A DNA stretch of 64,000 nucleotides. It comes from Phallusia mammillata. Lineage: Eukaryota. The notes under the pieces are model-generated. The model saw only the letters and a list, made by a program, of their open reading frames with translations. It ran no database searches and was not told the DNA's origin. How positions within the stretch are numbered: the stretch's first letter is position 1; the number at the start of each line of letters is the position of its first letter. Where the stretch lies: contig OZ281496.1 in assembly GCA_965637545.1 (NCBI GenBank), positions 15,748,001 through 15,812,000 on the forward strand, given 5' to 3'. Positions 12,262 to 23,510 of this stretch are shown in pieces. Both the position numbers and the translations under genes were made by a program.

Positions 12262-12720
12262 TTATTGGTTGGTATCGGTATCAGATGATTTTTTTGATTT
12301 TGTCACATATGCAAACCAGGAACAAATTTCGGCAAGGCTCATGTTTCTGCTCTCATCTTTGAGGGTGGCCTCTGCGTCACAGTCAAAGTTGTTTCCCAAA
12401 GGAAACACCTGTGATGGAAAGGATGCTGCTTTCACTGTACCTGAGACCAACTCAGCAAGAGGGTCCTCAACAAGTAGTGGTTGCCCAACACTTGCCTGAA
12501 CATCTCTCGCATGTTGTCGGCATGCAATTTCTTGGCTCTGGCTTTCTGGTTTTTCCACAGTCGCTTTAAATCGCTAGTGTCACAAGGGTTTTGGACACCA
12601 GCTATATTATATATTCTGTGACCTGTTACCAAGCTAATTCCTTGCGCCGTGCAGAAGCCTTGTCGGTATCTTTGCATTCAATCACGTCACTGAAGTGGTA
12701 CCGTTCTCCTGATCATTGGG
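12262..12720 (-). pseudogene. Myb/SANT-like (MSANTD3-type) DNA-binding protein remnant
   Basis: SDVIECKDTDKASARRKELAW*QV followed by CDTSDLKRLWKNQKARAKK..REMFR. This domain type is the usual partner gene of Harbinger elements. Confidence 0.6.
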
Positions 12721-13288
12721 CAAAGCTGCCAACCACTCTTTGTCAGCAGCAACAAAGCTGTGGCGTGCCCTTTTGCTGCAAACTTTTATTGAAGACATTG
12801 TTCTATAATCATCAATGAGTTATAGTGCCTAAAAATACAAAACTGTTAGTTTACGGGTATTAGTAATAAAGCTATAGCTTGTAAATGTAAATATATTTAC
12901 ATTGAACGTGACACCAGCAAAAAAGAGAATTCAACTACTTTTTGTCAAAATAGAGGAACAACCCTATAAAATACCACAAACAAATGGTTTCAGTACTGTC
13001 TAAACTTTTGTTGCAGCCGTCTGCCTAATTTTTTCTCCACTGAAAGGTTCAGTTTTTGAAATGCAAGTTAAAATGACGGATTTTTTTGTGTTTTGGGATG
13101 CTGGCATACTGCTACCGATTTCTGTGTCATTTGAAGCATGGCGGTACACGTTTTTTAGGTCGGTGTTTACAATGAATCATTACATACAAAATGCAGCTTA
13201 TTCCATTGCTCGTTGCTAAATTTGGGTTGGGGGGTAACATTTTGAAACACGCATCGTAGATGTAACCATTGTAAACACGATTTACATT

Positions 13289-13545
13289 CTACCACTTGTT
13301 CTCCGCGCTATACAGTTTTGCAAACACAATATGTTTTTTGACGTGGGGTCCCTTTTTTGTCTGAAACGTCGGAATTTGACCGTACATCATCTGGGTGTAA
13401 TTTAAATATGACTGTTGGACGCATTTTCTAAATTCCAGGTTATTGAACCAATTATATCGAATCGTTTTTACGGTTTGCTTAGTAATTTGCAAATGACACA
13501 TCCTTGTAAATAAGCAGTTATTGCACTTATAGGTAACGAAGAGTG
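13289..13545 (-). pseudogene. Possible OTU-like protease remnant
   Basis: YKCNNCLFTRMCH...KTIR resembles the DGNCLFR.. catalytic motif; degenerate. Confidence 0.3.
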
Positions 13546-14208
13546 ATTGGGGTATCTAGTGAGCTGCTGTTCCAAAGCCTCAATACACGCTTTTATATTC
13601 GTCCTGAATGTCATTACTATCTTTTTTTTCCATGTAATGTTTTTATATGTTTCCTTTCAAACGCAAAAAGCTTGTTCAAACGGTCACATGGAGATGAATG
13701 ATTTTTCCAAAATGAGTTAATTTTTAAAAAATGTTTAGCGGATGTATCATCAAACCCAATAAGAACATGTTTTTTAAAGTACAAAGCAATTGTTTTTGTT
13801 TGAACCGTTTTTTATTGTATTGGGGGGAAACAAATGGTGATTAAATCCACGACCACACAAAGAAAGGGAGGAACAGCTGAGTCCTGTGGATTAGTGAAAA
13901 CCCACGGCTAGTATTCTAGTACTCACTTTAACCGACGAATTCGCTACCTTTGTCGGTTTTGCCACTTTCACCGACGAAGTCGTAAGCTTCGCCGGAGCCG
14001 TAACGTTTGTCGAAGTTGGACGCTCCACTGTGTACATTGATCGACGCGGCATTAACCAGTCCGACACAGAACCAAATATGCATCCTGTCGTCAATAATGC
14101 TTTTTTAGCTTTACTCTTTTACTATCTACGTTGGCGCAAAGTCTGCTTCTGTTGACTTACCACGTTCAGTTGATTGCACAGCAATCATCGAGGTCTGGAA
14201 TGTCATGG

Positions 14209-15131
14209 TCAAAAACATGCCAACTGTTCGAGAATTACGTTGGCACCGGCAAATGCATTCCATATGGTCTCCCGCCAATGCATTCCATATGGTCTTACAA
14301 AAGCCTTTACCGCAGGGTGAGACTCCAAGAAAACTCTCCAATTGCATTCCCAAGTAGAAATCACCGTGTAGCCAAGCGATTGAAGATATTCTGTTTTTTC
14401 CACTGTCTCAGCATAGAGTTGTTCTCTCGTCTTCGATGGCGTTGAATTTGGGGGGTCAAGTTTACAAAGTAGGCACCCAAAGATAAAAAAACAATTAATA
14501 CCACATGGTAAAGTGTATACCCTGAAAATAGTGTTAAAAACAAAAATATTTACCATGGAACTCGAAGACAGTTTTTGTTTGGGTGTCAAAGCCGTCCACA
14601 CGTACACGCCTCGAGCTTAATTGCTTTTCATTGGAATTGAGCCCATGATAAATCTTCTGTCCTCTTTCAAACACTTGGTATTGAATCCATTCGTGAGCGA
14701 TCTTTGAATGGTAATAGGGAAACTCTGGTTTAAAGTTGTTTTCACGAAATCGTCGAATAGGGAAGCCCACAGGAAGTTTAATCAAAACCCATCACCCTTT
14801 TGCAGGTTAATGGGTTTGAGATTTCGTGGGGTCTGATTTTGGTTATTTCAGTTTCAGCGAATCTGTTTATTATCAAACTTGGACCTCCGGTTATTTGCTC
14901 GCGAATCAAAGAAGATAAATTTTTGTTTTTACTGCCGAACATGGTGATCGCTACGTCATCTGGAAGGGATTCATTTTGTTGTTTGTCGGTTAAACCGGGC
15001 ACTGACATGGCGTCTTTAGCTAAATCTAACCCATCTCTTCTGTAAATGTCACATTGTGTTTGCAACGCTTGCAAAAAAGATTCAACATCTAAAATGTTGT
15101 AATATCTTAGATAGTCTCGCAAAGTTGTCAT
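14209..15131 (-). pseudogene. Polinton/Maverick-type protein-primed DNA polymerase B fragment
   Basis: YLRYYNILDV..DLAKDAMSVPG..ITGGPSLIINRF..CKRVMGFD, LPVG..RRFRENNFKP..AHEW..N.NEK..VDGFD..TVFEFHG, GCLLC..LYAET..LQSLGYTVISTWECNW. The motif-A segment after GFD is deleted; both ends truncated. Confidence 0.8.
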
Positions 15132-15206
15132 GTTTTGTTGCTTCCAGATCTAAACAATAAAAAGTCACCTTGTAATTTTTTTATTTTTATTTCCACATGC
15201 ACAAAT

Positions 15207-15876
15207 ATATATATTCCGCAACTTTAAGTTCATCGGGGTATTCCCCATTTTGTTAAAAATCCAGTTAAACCAGTTAAAAATCTCTGAGAGCATAGGTGAA
15301 ATAATGCTTTTAACCATTTTAATGTATTTGATAGGAATTTCATAACTTAGCACAGATTTTTGACTGTCAAGTGTGGATATATACATTTCCACCTCGTCTG
15401 GGGTAGTGTCAAAGAAGAAGAAGGATGATGGCTGTGTGGTGTAGGCACTGGTCGGTGGTGGCATTACTGGTTGTGGAATAGATGACGCCATATTTGCTCC
15501 GATGTTAGCAAAGAACTGATTAAAGTTGCTGGCAATTGTAACTGGGTCTGTGGTGCAATGTGCTACACCATCTAGTTTAAGTTCTGCTGGGGCATTGTGT
15601 GGAGTTTGTTTTCGTGTGATACCAATTTATAAACCAGGTTAACAGGTTGAATGCACTAACTACAGGCCAGTTTCACTGCTATCCCCGTTTGCTAAGATAT
15701 TTGAAAAAATTATGTACCAACGTTTGTATGACTACGTTGAAAAAAAATGGAATGTTAACAACTCACCAGTATGGTTTTCGATGCAATCGGTCCACTTCCC
15801 TGGCAATTTACGACATCCACGAAAGAGTGTTAGCCGCCCTTGACCAGAAGAAATATACATGCGCTATTTTAAAAAA
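15207..15876. mobile_element. Inverted/duplicated LINE ORF2 segment (tether on minus + RT start on plus)
   Basis: 15267-15616 duplicates 15897-16246 (offset 630); 15616-15876 on plus encodes VIPIYKPG..NYRPVSLL..HQYGFRCNRST. Confidence 0.85.
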
Positions 15877-15895
15877 ACACACACACACACACACA
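15877..15895 (+). repeat. (AC)n microsatellite at rearrangement junction
   Basis: Direct read. Confidence 0.9.
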
Positions 15896-16322
15896 TAAAC
15901 CAGTTAAAAATCTCTGAGAGCATAGGTGAAATAATGCTTTTAACCATTTTAATGTATTTAATAGGAATTTCATAACTTAGCACAGATTTTTGACTGTCAA
16001 GTGTGGATATATACATTTCCACCTCGTCTGGGGTAGTGTCAAAGAAGAAGAAGGATGATGGCTGTGTGGTGTAGGCACTGGTCGGTGGTGGCATTACTGG
16101 TTGTGGAATAGATGACGCCATATTTGCTCCGATGTTAGCAAAGAACTGATTAAAGTTGCTGGCAATTGTAACTGGGTCTGTGGTGCAATGTGCTACACCA
16201 TCTAGTTTAAGTTCTGCTGGGGCATTGTGTGGAGTTTGTTTTCGTGACAACAATCTATTGACTATTTTCCACATTCCCCCTATATCATTTCTATGATCGG
16301 TTAATTGCTTTTCAATGTATTT

Positions 16323-17050
16323 TTTTTTATTGTATTTTTCGACAATCAGGCGACAGTCCGAAAACTGAAAATTGCCCTTTGTCGTGTCGTTATGCAACAA
16401 GACGAAACGCATTAATGGAAAACAGGGTCATCAGTAATAAAATAAAGTAGTGGAAAGAAGCAAACAAAAGCAGCATAGTAAAAAAAGTACAGTACACAAA
16501 TCAAAATCGTTTGCAAGCAGACAGGTAAACTTGAACAGCATTGAAAAACAACAAAAGATTCCCTTTGCTTAAACCGGGATGTCCGAACAAAATATAACGA
16601 AGGATGATTTGAGGAGCAACATTGTGAAAAGATTGTACACTAAGCTCGGTGTCTGCAGAGAAAATTTTCTGCAATGTTGATAGCAAAGTAATTCGGGGAC
16701 GAGCTGATAATGGGCATTGAAGGAATAGGTGTGTTGTTGTTTCTAAACCATTACAAGCACAGCGACGATAATGTTTAGGGTTTATGTTCAGTGGGCTGTG
16801 ACCAAGTCTTAGCATACAATGGACTGCAGTGAATTTGGGTTGAGATCCATGTAGGTGCAAAGTATTAGTTGCCGGTGTAAAGAAGTGTCTTTTAAGTTTA
16901 AATTTAAATGCTGAAAATGACTGCAGGCAGCGAATGTCTTGTGGAAGCTCGTTCCACAAGCGAGTGGACTTGCAAAAAAACGAGTTAAACTTTTGATTGC
17001 TGCGACAATGAATGGAGTTAATTTTAAGTGGATGACGAAGGTCGTAAGAA
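16323..17050 (-). mobile_element. 5'-truncated LINE 3' end inserted into the LINE above
   Basis: Encodes STRLWNELPQDIR..LRLGHSPLN..CACNGLETTTHLFLQC; A-rich tail; 9-bp TSD AATGTATTT at 16314-16322 and 17051-17059; removing it rejoins REAKHKY/IEKQLTDH. Confidence 0.85.
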
Positions 17051-17266
17051 AATGTATTTATGTTTGGCTTCTCTCAGAATGTGGTTTAGCTTGTTCCGAT
17101 ACTGTTTGTATTGGTTATGTTTACTTGTACTTGCAAACCCCGACCTACATAAAGCATGATACATTTTGTTTTTCGTTTTGATTGACTTATAAATACCCTT
17201 GCTTATCCAAGGTTTTTTGGCCAATTTCCTTCTTCTTCTAGTCATTGTGGTAAGTGGTGCATGTTG

Positions 17267-18322
17267 CTAGAGTATCTTGTGAAAATAATGGTTGAGTAAA
17301 GTGAATTTGTGCAATATAGATTCAGTAGACAGAGGTATGTTGCTAACAGCACCTTTTATGTCCGAAATAAATTTTTCGCGATGAAACATGGTCTCATTTC
17401 TACTTAGCATTTTTTCTGTTTTATCATAGCAAGTTGAATGCAATAACACAAAAGTTGGCAGATGGTCAGAAATGTCTGCAGATAGTATTCCTGATTTGCA
17501 GGAAATATTTACATTGTTTGTGTAAAAATGGTCAATTAGAGTTTGGCTGTGGTTAGTTAAACGAGTTGGTTGACATATTAAGGGTGATAGACCATAAATT
17601 TTAATAGAATCTAAAAAGTTTTGAATACTTTTAATTTCCTTGTGTTGCATGAGATCTATGTTGAAATCACCACATATATAAACAGTCTGGTTGGTATCAC
17701 TCAGTTTATGCAATACTGATGATAGTGCATCCTGAAACTTTTCAAATGAGTGTTTAGGATGCCTGTATATTACTCCCAATATTACATTTTTTTGTTTCAA
17801 TTTAAGTTGCAACCAAAGACTTTCAGTATCTGGGGCAGTAAGTGTAATATCCGATCTTATGCTATTTGTAAAGTGTGATTTTATTACTCCAACTCCTCCA
17901 GCACTATGGGGAGTATCAACATGATAGAAGTTATATCCCTTTATATCAGTAGCAGTGGTTATGCCCTTGAGAGTTATTCTAGTCTCAGTTACCATAATAA
18001 TGTCAGGGGATCTAAACATATCAGATAGCCATTGTTCTAAAGCCGGTTTGTTTTTCCTTAGACTTCGAATGTTAATGTGCATTATATACATATCTTTGTT
18101 ACACAGTTTTTTTAGGGCATAGTTTAAGGATGCACTATCACAGTAATCGGAATGGGTATGATCACTGTTTGCTAGTAAACAGGGTTTACCAGGTGTTTCT
18201 ATGGGTGCAATGGCATTTCTTAGCTCTAAGTTGCTGATATTGCAAAAGGGTAACCTGGACAATATGCATCTGGTACAAAAGTATGGGGTGTTTTTGTTGA
18301 CACTACATTTGTTACATTTCAT
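17267..18322 (-). CDS. LINE ORF2 N-terminus: apurinic-like endonuclease
   Basis: HINIRSL, VTETR, GVIYRHP, ICGDFNIDL, PTR..TLIDHFY, ISDHLP motifs. Confidence 0.9.
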   Translation of the reverse strand: MKCNKCSVNKNTPYFCTRCILSRLPFCNISNLELRNAIAPIETPGKPCLLANSDHTHSDYCDSASLNYALKKLCNKDMYIMHINIRSLRKNKPALEQWLSDMFRSPDIIMVTETRITLKGITTATDIKGYNFYHVDTPHSAGGVGVIKSHFTNSIRSDITLTAPDTESLWLQLKLKQKNVILGVIYRHPKHSFEKFQDALSSVLHKLSDTNQTVYICGDFNIDLMQHKEIKSIQNFLDSIKIYGLSPLICQPTRLTNHSQTLIDHFYTNNVNISCKSGILSADISDHLPTFVLLHSTCYDKTEKMLSRNETMFHREKFISDIKGAVSNIPLSTESILHKFTLLNHYFHKIL

Positions 18323-18353
18323 GTGGAAGAAGGGTGTTTAACTTTATTTGGGT

Positions 18354-19130
18354 TTAGGTATTAATCTTATGCCTTACTAAATCTTTGTCGTTCCGGATGG
18401 CAATGATGTTGCTGTTGTCATCCTTTTTTAGAAATGTTGCTCCATTTCTGGTCCAGATATGATGGTACTGATGCTCCTTCTTGAACCGGAGACAGCTATT
18501 AAATCTCTCACGGTTCTTCTTGGTCAGGCTCTCATTAATAAAAATTTGATTGACCGGGGATACACTTCTGTTGGATTGTTTAAGTTTATACCGGTTTGAA
18601 TATATTGCATCTCTCACTTTACGGCTCATAAATTTTGCAATAATTGCCGAGCGTGGGTGGTCTTTTGATGGTCTCCGAAGTCGGTGCGAGATGCTGATGT
18701 CAGGTTTACTAATAGTGATCCCCAACTTTTTCACAGCCGAGATCACCAGAGTGTCTGTGCACTCATTTTCAGAATAGGGAAGGCCCTTGAATTCCAAGCA
18801 GGGTCTGCGACCATACTGCTCGAGGTCATTTAAGTCCTCAGAAGTGGAGATGGTCACTGCTTGTATCTCCTTTACAGCCTTCTTTAGTTCCCTATTTTCT
18901 GTTCTTAAAGTTTTTAATTCAATCTCATTGTTTGCTACCTTGGATTTTACCTCCTCATATTGTTCCTGTAAAAATGTCTGGCTCTTCCGGATCTCTTTTA
19001 GTTCATTTATCAGCTCTTTTAAGGTTGAGTCGGTAGAGGTTTTGCTCTCCCGAACTTCTTCCCTCAGGGATTCGATCTTCTCCAGCACTATAGATTGATC
19101 ATCTTTCTTTTTCCTCAATTGTTGAGTCAT
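18354..19130 (-). CDS. LINE ORF1p (coiled coil + RRM + CTD), 258 aa, open
   Basis: Heptad-rich N-terminus, LEQYGRR..LEFKGLP, ISISHRL, IIAKF, IFINESLT, WTRNG. Confidence 0.9.
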   Translation of the reverse strand: MTQQLRKKKDDQSIVLEKIESLREEVRESKTSTDSTLKELINELKEIRKSQTFLQEQYEEVKSKVANNEIELKTLRTENRELKKAVKEIQAVTISTSEDLNDLEQYGRRPCLEFKGLPYSENECTDTLVISAVKKLGITISKPDISISHRLRRPSKDHPRSAIIAKFMSRKVRDAIYSNRYKLKQSNRSVSPVNQIFINESLTKKNRERFNSCLRFKKEHQYHHIWTRNGATFLKKDDNSNIIAIRNDKDLVRHKINT

Positions 19131-20219
19131 AATCCTTTGCTTTGGCAGGTCAGATTTTTATTTCAATAATGTCACCTAAGCAACCTTATTCAAATAGAAT
19201 CGCTATAAACAGTAGTATGCTATAAACACAAACAAATTTTTGAATCTGGAATCCGTAAGCGCATAGATCAAATTCTGCAGTTTAATTGCAACTCTATGTT
19301 AACTAGTTTGTGTTCTACAAAAGCAAAAGCGCGAAAAATAATCTTTATCTGGTGACTAACCCTTCCTCGGGCTTAAATCGTTGCTTCGACACCTTTAACA
19401 TCTTACGAAGCCGTTGCCATAAGGTACAGATTAAATCAATATTTATGCCGCAAACAATTCACTTATTTGATCCGCATCTTTGTGTATGACTTTACCTACA
19501 GCCTGGTATGCAGCTGAAATTTATGGTCCTTGACGAATTTGGACCTTGTTACTTCTTTGTCTTCCATATCTAAGGTGCTTCAAACGGCTTTAAAGCTCGT
19601 CTTATCATGCTGTGACTGTCGAACCAGTACAGCAACCAGTATTTATGAATGCACGGACCCGTAACCGGCAGTTTTGGTAAAAGACAAAAGGATATAACAA
19701 CGTCGTTTAGAAGTCAGTCTCTCCAGCAGATTTCCTGTAAAGTTTTGGTGCAACCTGAAACCTATTAGTTAGTGCAAGTTATCCTAACTTCGATTTAAGA
19801 ACGAAGAAGGTTTGATTTAGATTTTTTATTTTTGTGTGCTGAAGTTAAACCTCAAATGAAAATAAGTAATACCGTTTGGCAACAAATGGCGCAAGATGAT
19901 TTTTGTTTGTTAGGTGTCTTTTAAATGACCATTAAACCATAACGACTGATTTTATAGTTTGCGTGTGTTTATTTTTAGCCCATTTTAAAACATATATTTG
20001 TGACACGAATGATGTTGAGAACATGAGCCACTTGAAGAAGGTGGCTTCGTTAAAACAATACGAGCAATGATTTGTGAACTGTCTTACGAATAAATTCTCC
20101 AGAACGGTATGTAAGTGCAATAATTTCCAGGCCTGTTTGGTAGTAAAACGCAATATCCACTCAACTTTTCGCATTGTTGTTCCTTTGTTTATCGTGCACT
20201 GTTCTAGTCGCATTCAGTG

Positions 20220-20271
20220 TTATTCACCCTGATGAAGACGACCTGTATAGGACGTCGAAACGTCGGAATAA
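20220..20271 (+). ncRNA. Minimal type I hammerhead ribozyme motif (Penelope pLTR-like)
   Basis: TTATTC-AC-C CTGATGA A GACG-A-CCT gtat AGG-A-CGTC GAA ACGT C G-GAATAA: core CUGAUGA/GAAA, stem II hairpin, palindromic ACGT in place of stem III, bulged stem I. Confidence 0.75.
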
Positions 20272-20525
20272 AAATACATTTGCCAGAAGAGCTCTATAGA
20301 CTTGATACTATGCCTGGCAGCAACAGCTTATTTACATATTAAATGTATGATTCGGGATAATTTTCCGCCTGGGATACAGTAGTTACTGACAGGTAAAATG
20401 TGAATGTTTTTTGCACAAATCACATATTAAAAGAAGTCGAGAGGAGGATTAAAACACATGGTGGAAAAAAATAATGAAAAGGTCCTACAAGACGACATTC
20501 ATAGTACGTCAGGCCTACTAAAGAC

Positions 20526-21260
20526 GTGATAATGGTCTCCCAAGCATTCCCATATGGGAAGGAACAAACCAGAAAAGACTTGCCTGCGTTTGTATTCGAT
20601 CCCACGATAGGAGTCTTTCCGGGACTCGCGCTCTATCGCGAAAAGACGACGTTACAACAACTGTACGTGGTACTTTCAAGCAGATGGTCGCACTCATTTA
20701 AAATCTATTTTGATGCAAATTTGAAAAACGATTTCATTCAACACTCCTGCAAGTTTGTAACAGAAGCATTTACTGCGTTTCAACAAGGTGCTATAACCAA
20801 CAATATCGCCAAAAGTATTAACCACGTGCTAAAGGCAGTAGTAGTATCAGAACACCAACTATTTGCCCACTGACCTGATGATAATGATATTAAAGCAACT
20901 TCAGGACATTTACCGCTACGACTTTTTGCGCGCAGTTACTGGCTTCGGAAAATACCAGTTAAAACCAGAGTTTTCTTTTTTGAGGGAACCACGCACTGAA
21001 GAACACTTACCAGTTATTTCCACAATGGAAAATCTGGTTGAAAGTGGAGATGATTATCGGACAACCCAAAAAGCGATGGCACGACTATTGCCTTAAGCGA
21101 GGTCTGATTGGCTTTTCCGCTGCCACATCATCACTTTCATGAATCCTTTCATAAACAAGGTCCAAAGCGTTGTTAACCGAACCCTCAAAGTGTTCTTGTA
21201 CACGTACCGGCTTATGTTTTTTCCATGTTCTGGCGGTGCAAATGGCAATAGAGGAGTCAA
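20526..21260 (+). pseudogene. MULE-type transposase C-terminal remnant with SWIM finger
   Basis: WSHSFKIYFD..AITNNIAKSINHVLK, LKQLQDIYRYDFLRAVTGFGKYQLKPEF, KCSCTRTGLCFFHVLAV; frameshifted. Confidence 0.65.
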
Positions 21261-21639
21261 GCCCAGCGCGATTATGATCAAAAAAGCCCTGACTTTGACA
21301 AAGGGTCCGGTCGAAAACGAATTAAGACTAGGGATGTGTTCAAAGTAGAGTAATTGGGTATTCTTGTCAGTGGTTGTCACAATAATAAAAGATGTTTTAT
21401 TAAAAAACATATGATTAAGAGGCAACCACTGTTAGAAACAACTGTGTCGAGGTAGCAACTCGGGTTACTATTGTTTAAAATGAAGCGAGGTAATAAAATA
21501 AACGCACATTTTTGGCCAAAACGTAAATAGGCCTGCGAAAATTCAGAAACAGAAATAGCCTCGACAAGCCAGGGTAACAAATCTCCCCAGACTTTTGAAT
21601 TACTTTCGGATGCTATTTCTCTATTAGATATTGGACATG

Positions 21640-23510
21640 CCATTGATACACCAGTTATTGATGACAGGAAGCGATTGGAATTACTTGACAATGTTCGGTC
21701 TCCATCTGACAGTTTTGTATGGTACGCAAAGAAGGTGGAAAAACTGGAAAGAAATATCTTAGAAAGCAGCACATCAGCGGGTTTTACGATTGCTTTGCAT
21801 TTTCACAATAAAAGAAAGGAATTTTCTGCAAGTATTACGTTATATTTGCTCCTCAGGAGTTTCGCGGAGTCAAATTAAATCGATTAGTCAAAACACCTTT
21901 GCAAAAATATACACATTTACCGAAAAAGATGGGTTATTGACGTCTCATCTTGCGCATGGTCTTCACAGTGAATGTTGCTTGTGAAAATATACGACAAACA
22001 GCAGAACGGTGCCTGCCCATAAAAAATGGGATTGACAACGTTTTCCAACAAGTGATTTCGGCTTTTAAAACGCAGCGACAAAAACAAACAAAGAGGCTCT
22101 AAAGAAAATTATACGAGCAGTGGAACATATCGTAAGTCTGGTGTTGGCGTTCCGTGGCCACAGAGACAGCGGCAAAATTGCACTCGACTCAAAAAAACTT
22201 TACTCGCTCTCCTTCAGCTTATGGTCCAATCTGGCGACACGGTTCTCGAACGCCATATAAATGAAGCTTATCGCAATAGTATATTTCCCCCATTGCTCAA
22301 AATGAGCTGATTGAAGCCATCGATGTCACAATGCGTAAAGTTGTAGTGAGGGAGGTATGCGACTCCAGAGGGGGCATTTCTTTCATGGTGGCCCAGGGTT
22401 ATGACGGCGCAGCAGCTATGTCTGGGCAACTTAATGGCGTGCAAAAGTATGTCCGAGACACATTTGTGCGGTACACAACCTGAATCTCTGTCTGGCCAAA
22501 GCTTTACATGTGCCACCAATATCTGCGCCACTAGCCACTATTCAATCTACAGCCCTATTCTTTTTTGATTCTAGTAAAAGGATGGCCTCTGCTATCGTTT
22601 ATACGATCTGTTTGTCCAGGAAAGCGCTCACACAAGACTGCAGCAACACTTTCAGACACGATGGTTTGAAAAGCAGACTTCTGTTTTGATATTCAGAGCT
22701 TTACCCTGCTGTAGTCGCAGCGTTAAATTCTTTGACATCGTGTCCTCGCAACGGAGGTAAAGCGCTGATGTTAATGAGGGCTATCAGTGAGTTTACTGCA
22801 AGAGTATTGGAAGTTACTAAACCGTTGGCAATACTCCTCCAAATTGTCTCTTTGATTTGCATAAGGCTGCAGCATCTGTAAGTAACTGCGTTGACACGTT
22901 GAAGCAGATGCAAGAAGAAGATGACACATTTCCAATGTTATTTTCGAAGGCCGAAGCACGCCATGGCGGTCCTATAACCCTGCCCAGAAATATTGGAAGC
23001 CAAGTTCACAGAGGAAACGCACCGGCCGATTCTCCAGCGTCACACTACAAGCGAAATGTTTTTAAACCCTTCATTAATACTGCCATATCACAGCTTCGTG
23101 TACGGTTTAATGAACACTCTGCCAAGGCACTGTCCATGCAGTCTCTTCTTCCAAAGTTCTGTGTACACGAATAGTTCGGGCGGATCGAAGCTGCTGTTGA
23201 AGAGTTTGGTCGCTTATTTCCAGGACCGAAAAATACAGTAGAAGCTGAGTCTTTTCGATGGAGAAACCAATGGAAGCGCCAAGAAGTCAAATCAACAAAT
23301 ATCATTGATATGGCTTTTCCAGCAACAACCGCAGCAAGTGAGTATTCATTCAATACATTAAAATACATCAAAAAATTCCTGCGTTCTACTATGGGTGAAC
23401 CTCGATTGAATGGGCTTGCCTCTTTATTTATTCACTGCGACATTAAATTAAATTACGACGACGTAATTGTGGAATTTTCGAAAAAAAATAGACGTATAGA
23501 CTTCATGTAG
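21640..23510 (+). pseudogene. hAT transposase remnant, ZMYM1/P52rIPK-like
   Basis: LAFRGHRDSG, YISPIAQNELI, QGYDGAAAMSGQLNGVQ, YKRNVFKPF, SEYSFNTLKYIKKFLRSTMGEPRLNGLA; multiple frameshifts and deletions. Confidence 0.85.

Larger units (their letters stand above)
15896..19130 (-). mobile_element. CR1/L2-group LINE (Crack/Daphne-like), 5' part; RT truncated
   Basis: ORF1 at 18354-19130, APE endonuclease at 17267-18322, KPWISKG tether at 17024-17245 continuing at 15896-16320 after a nested insertion. Confidence 0.9.
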
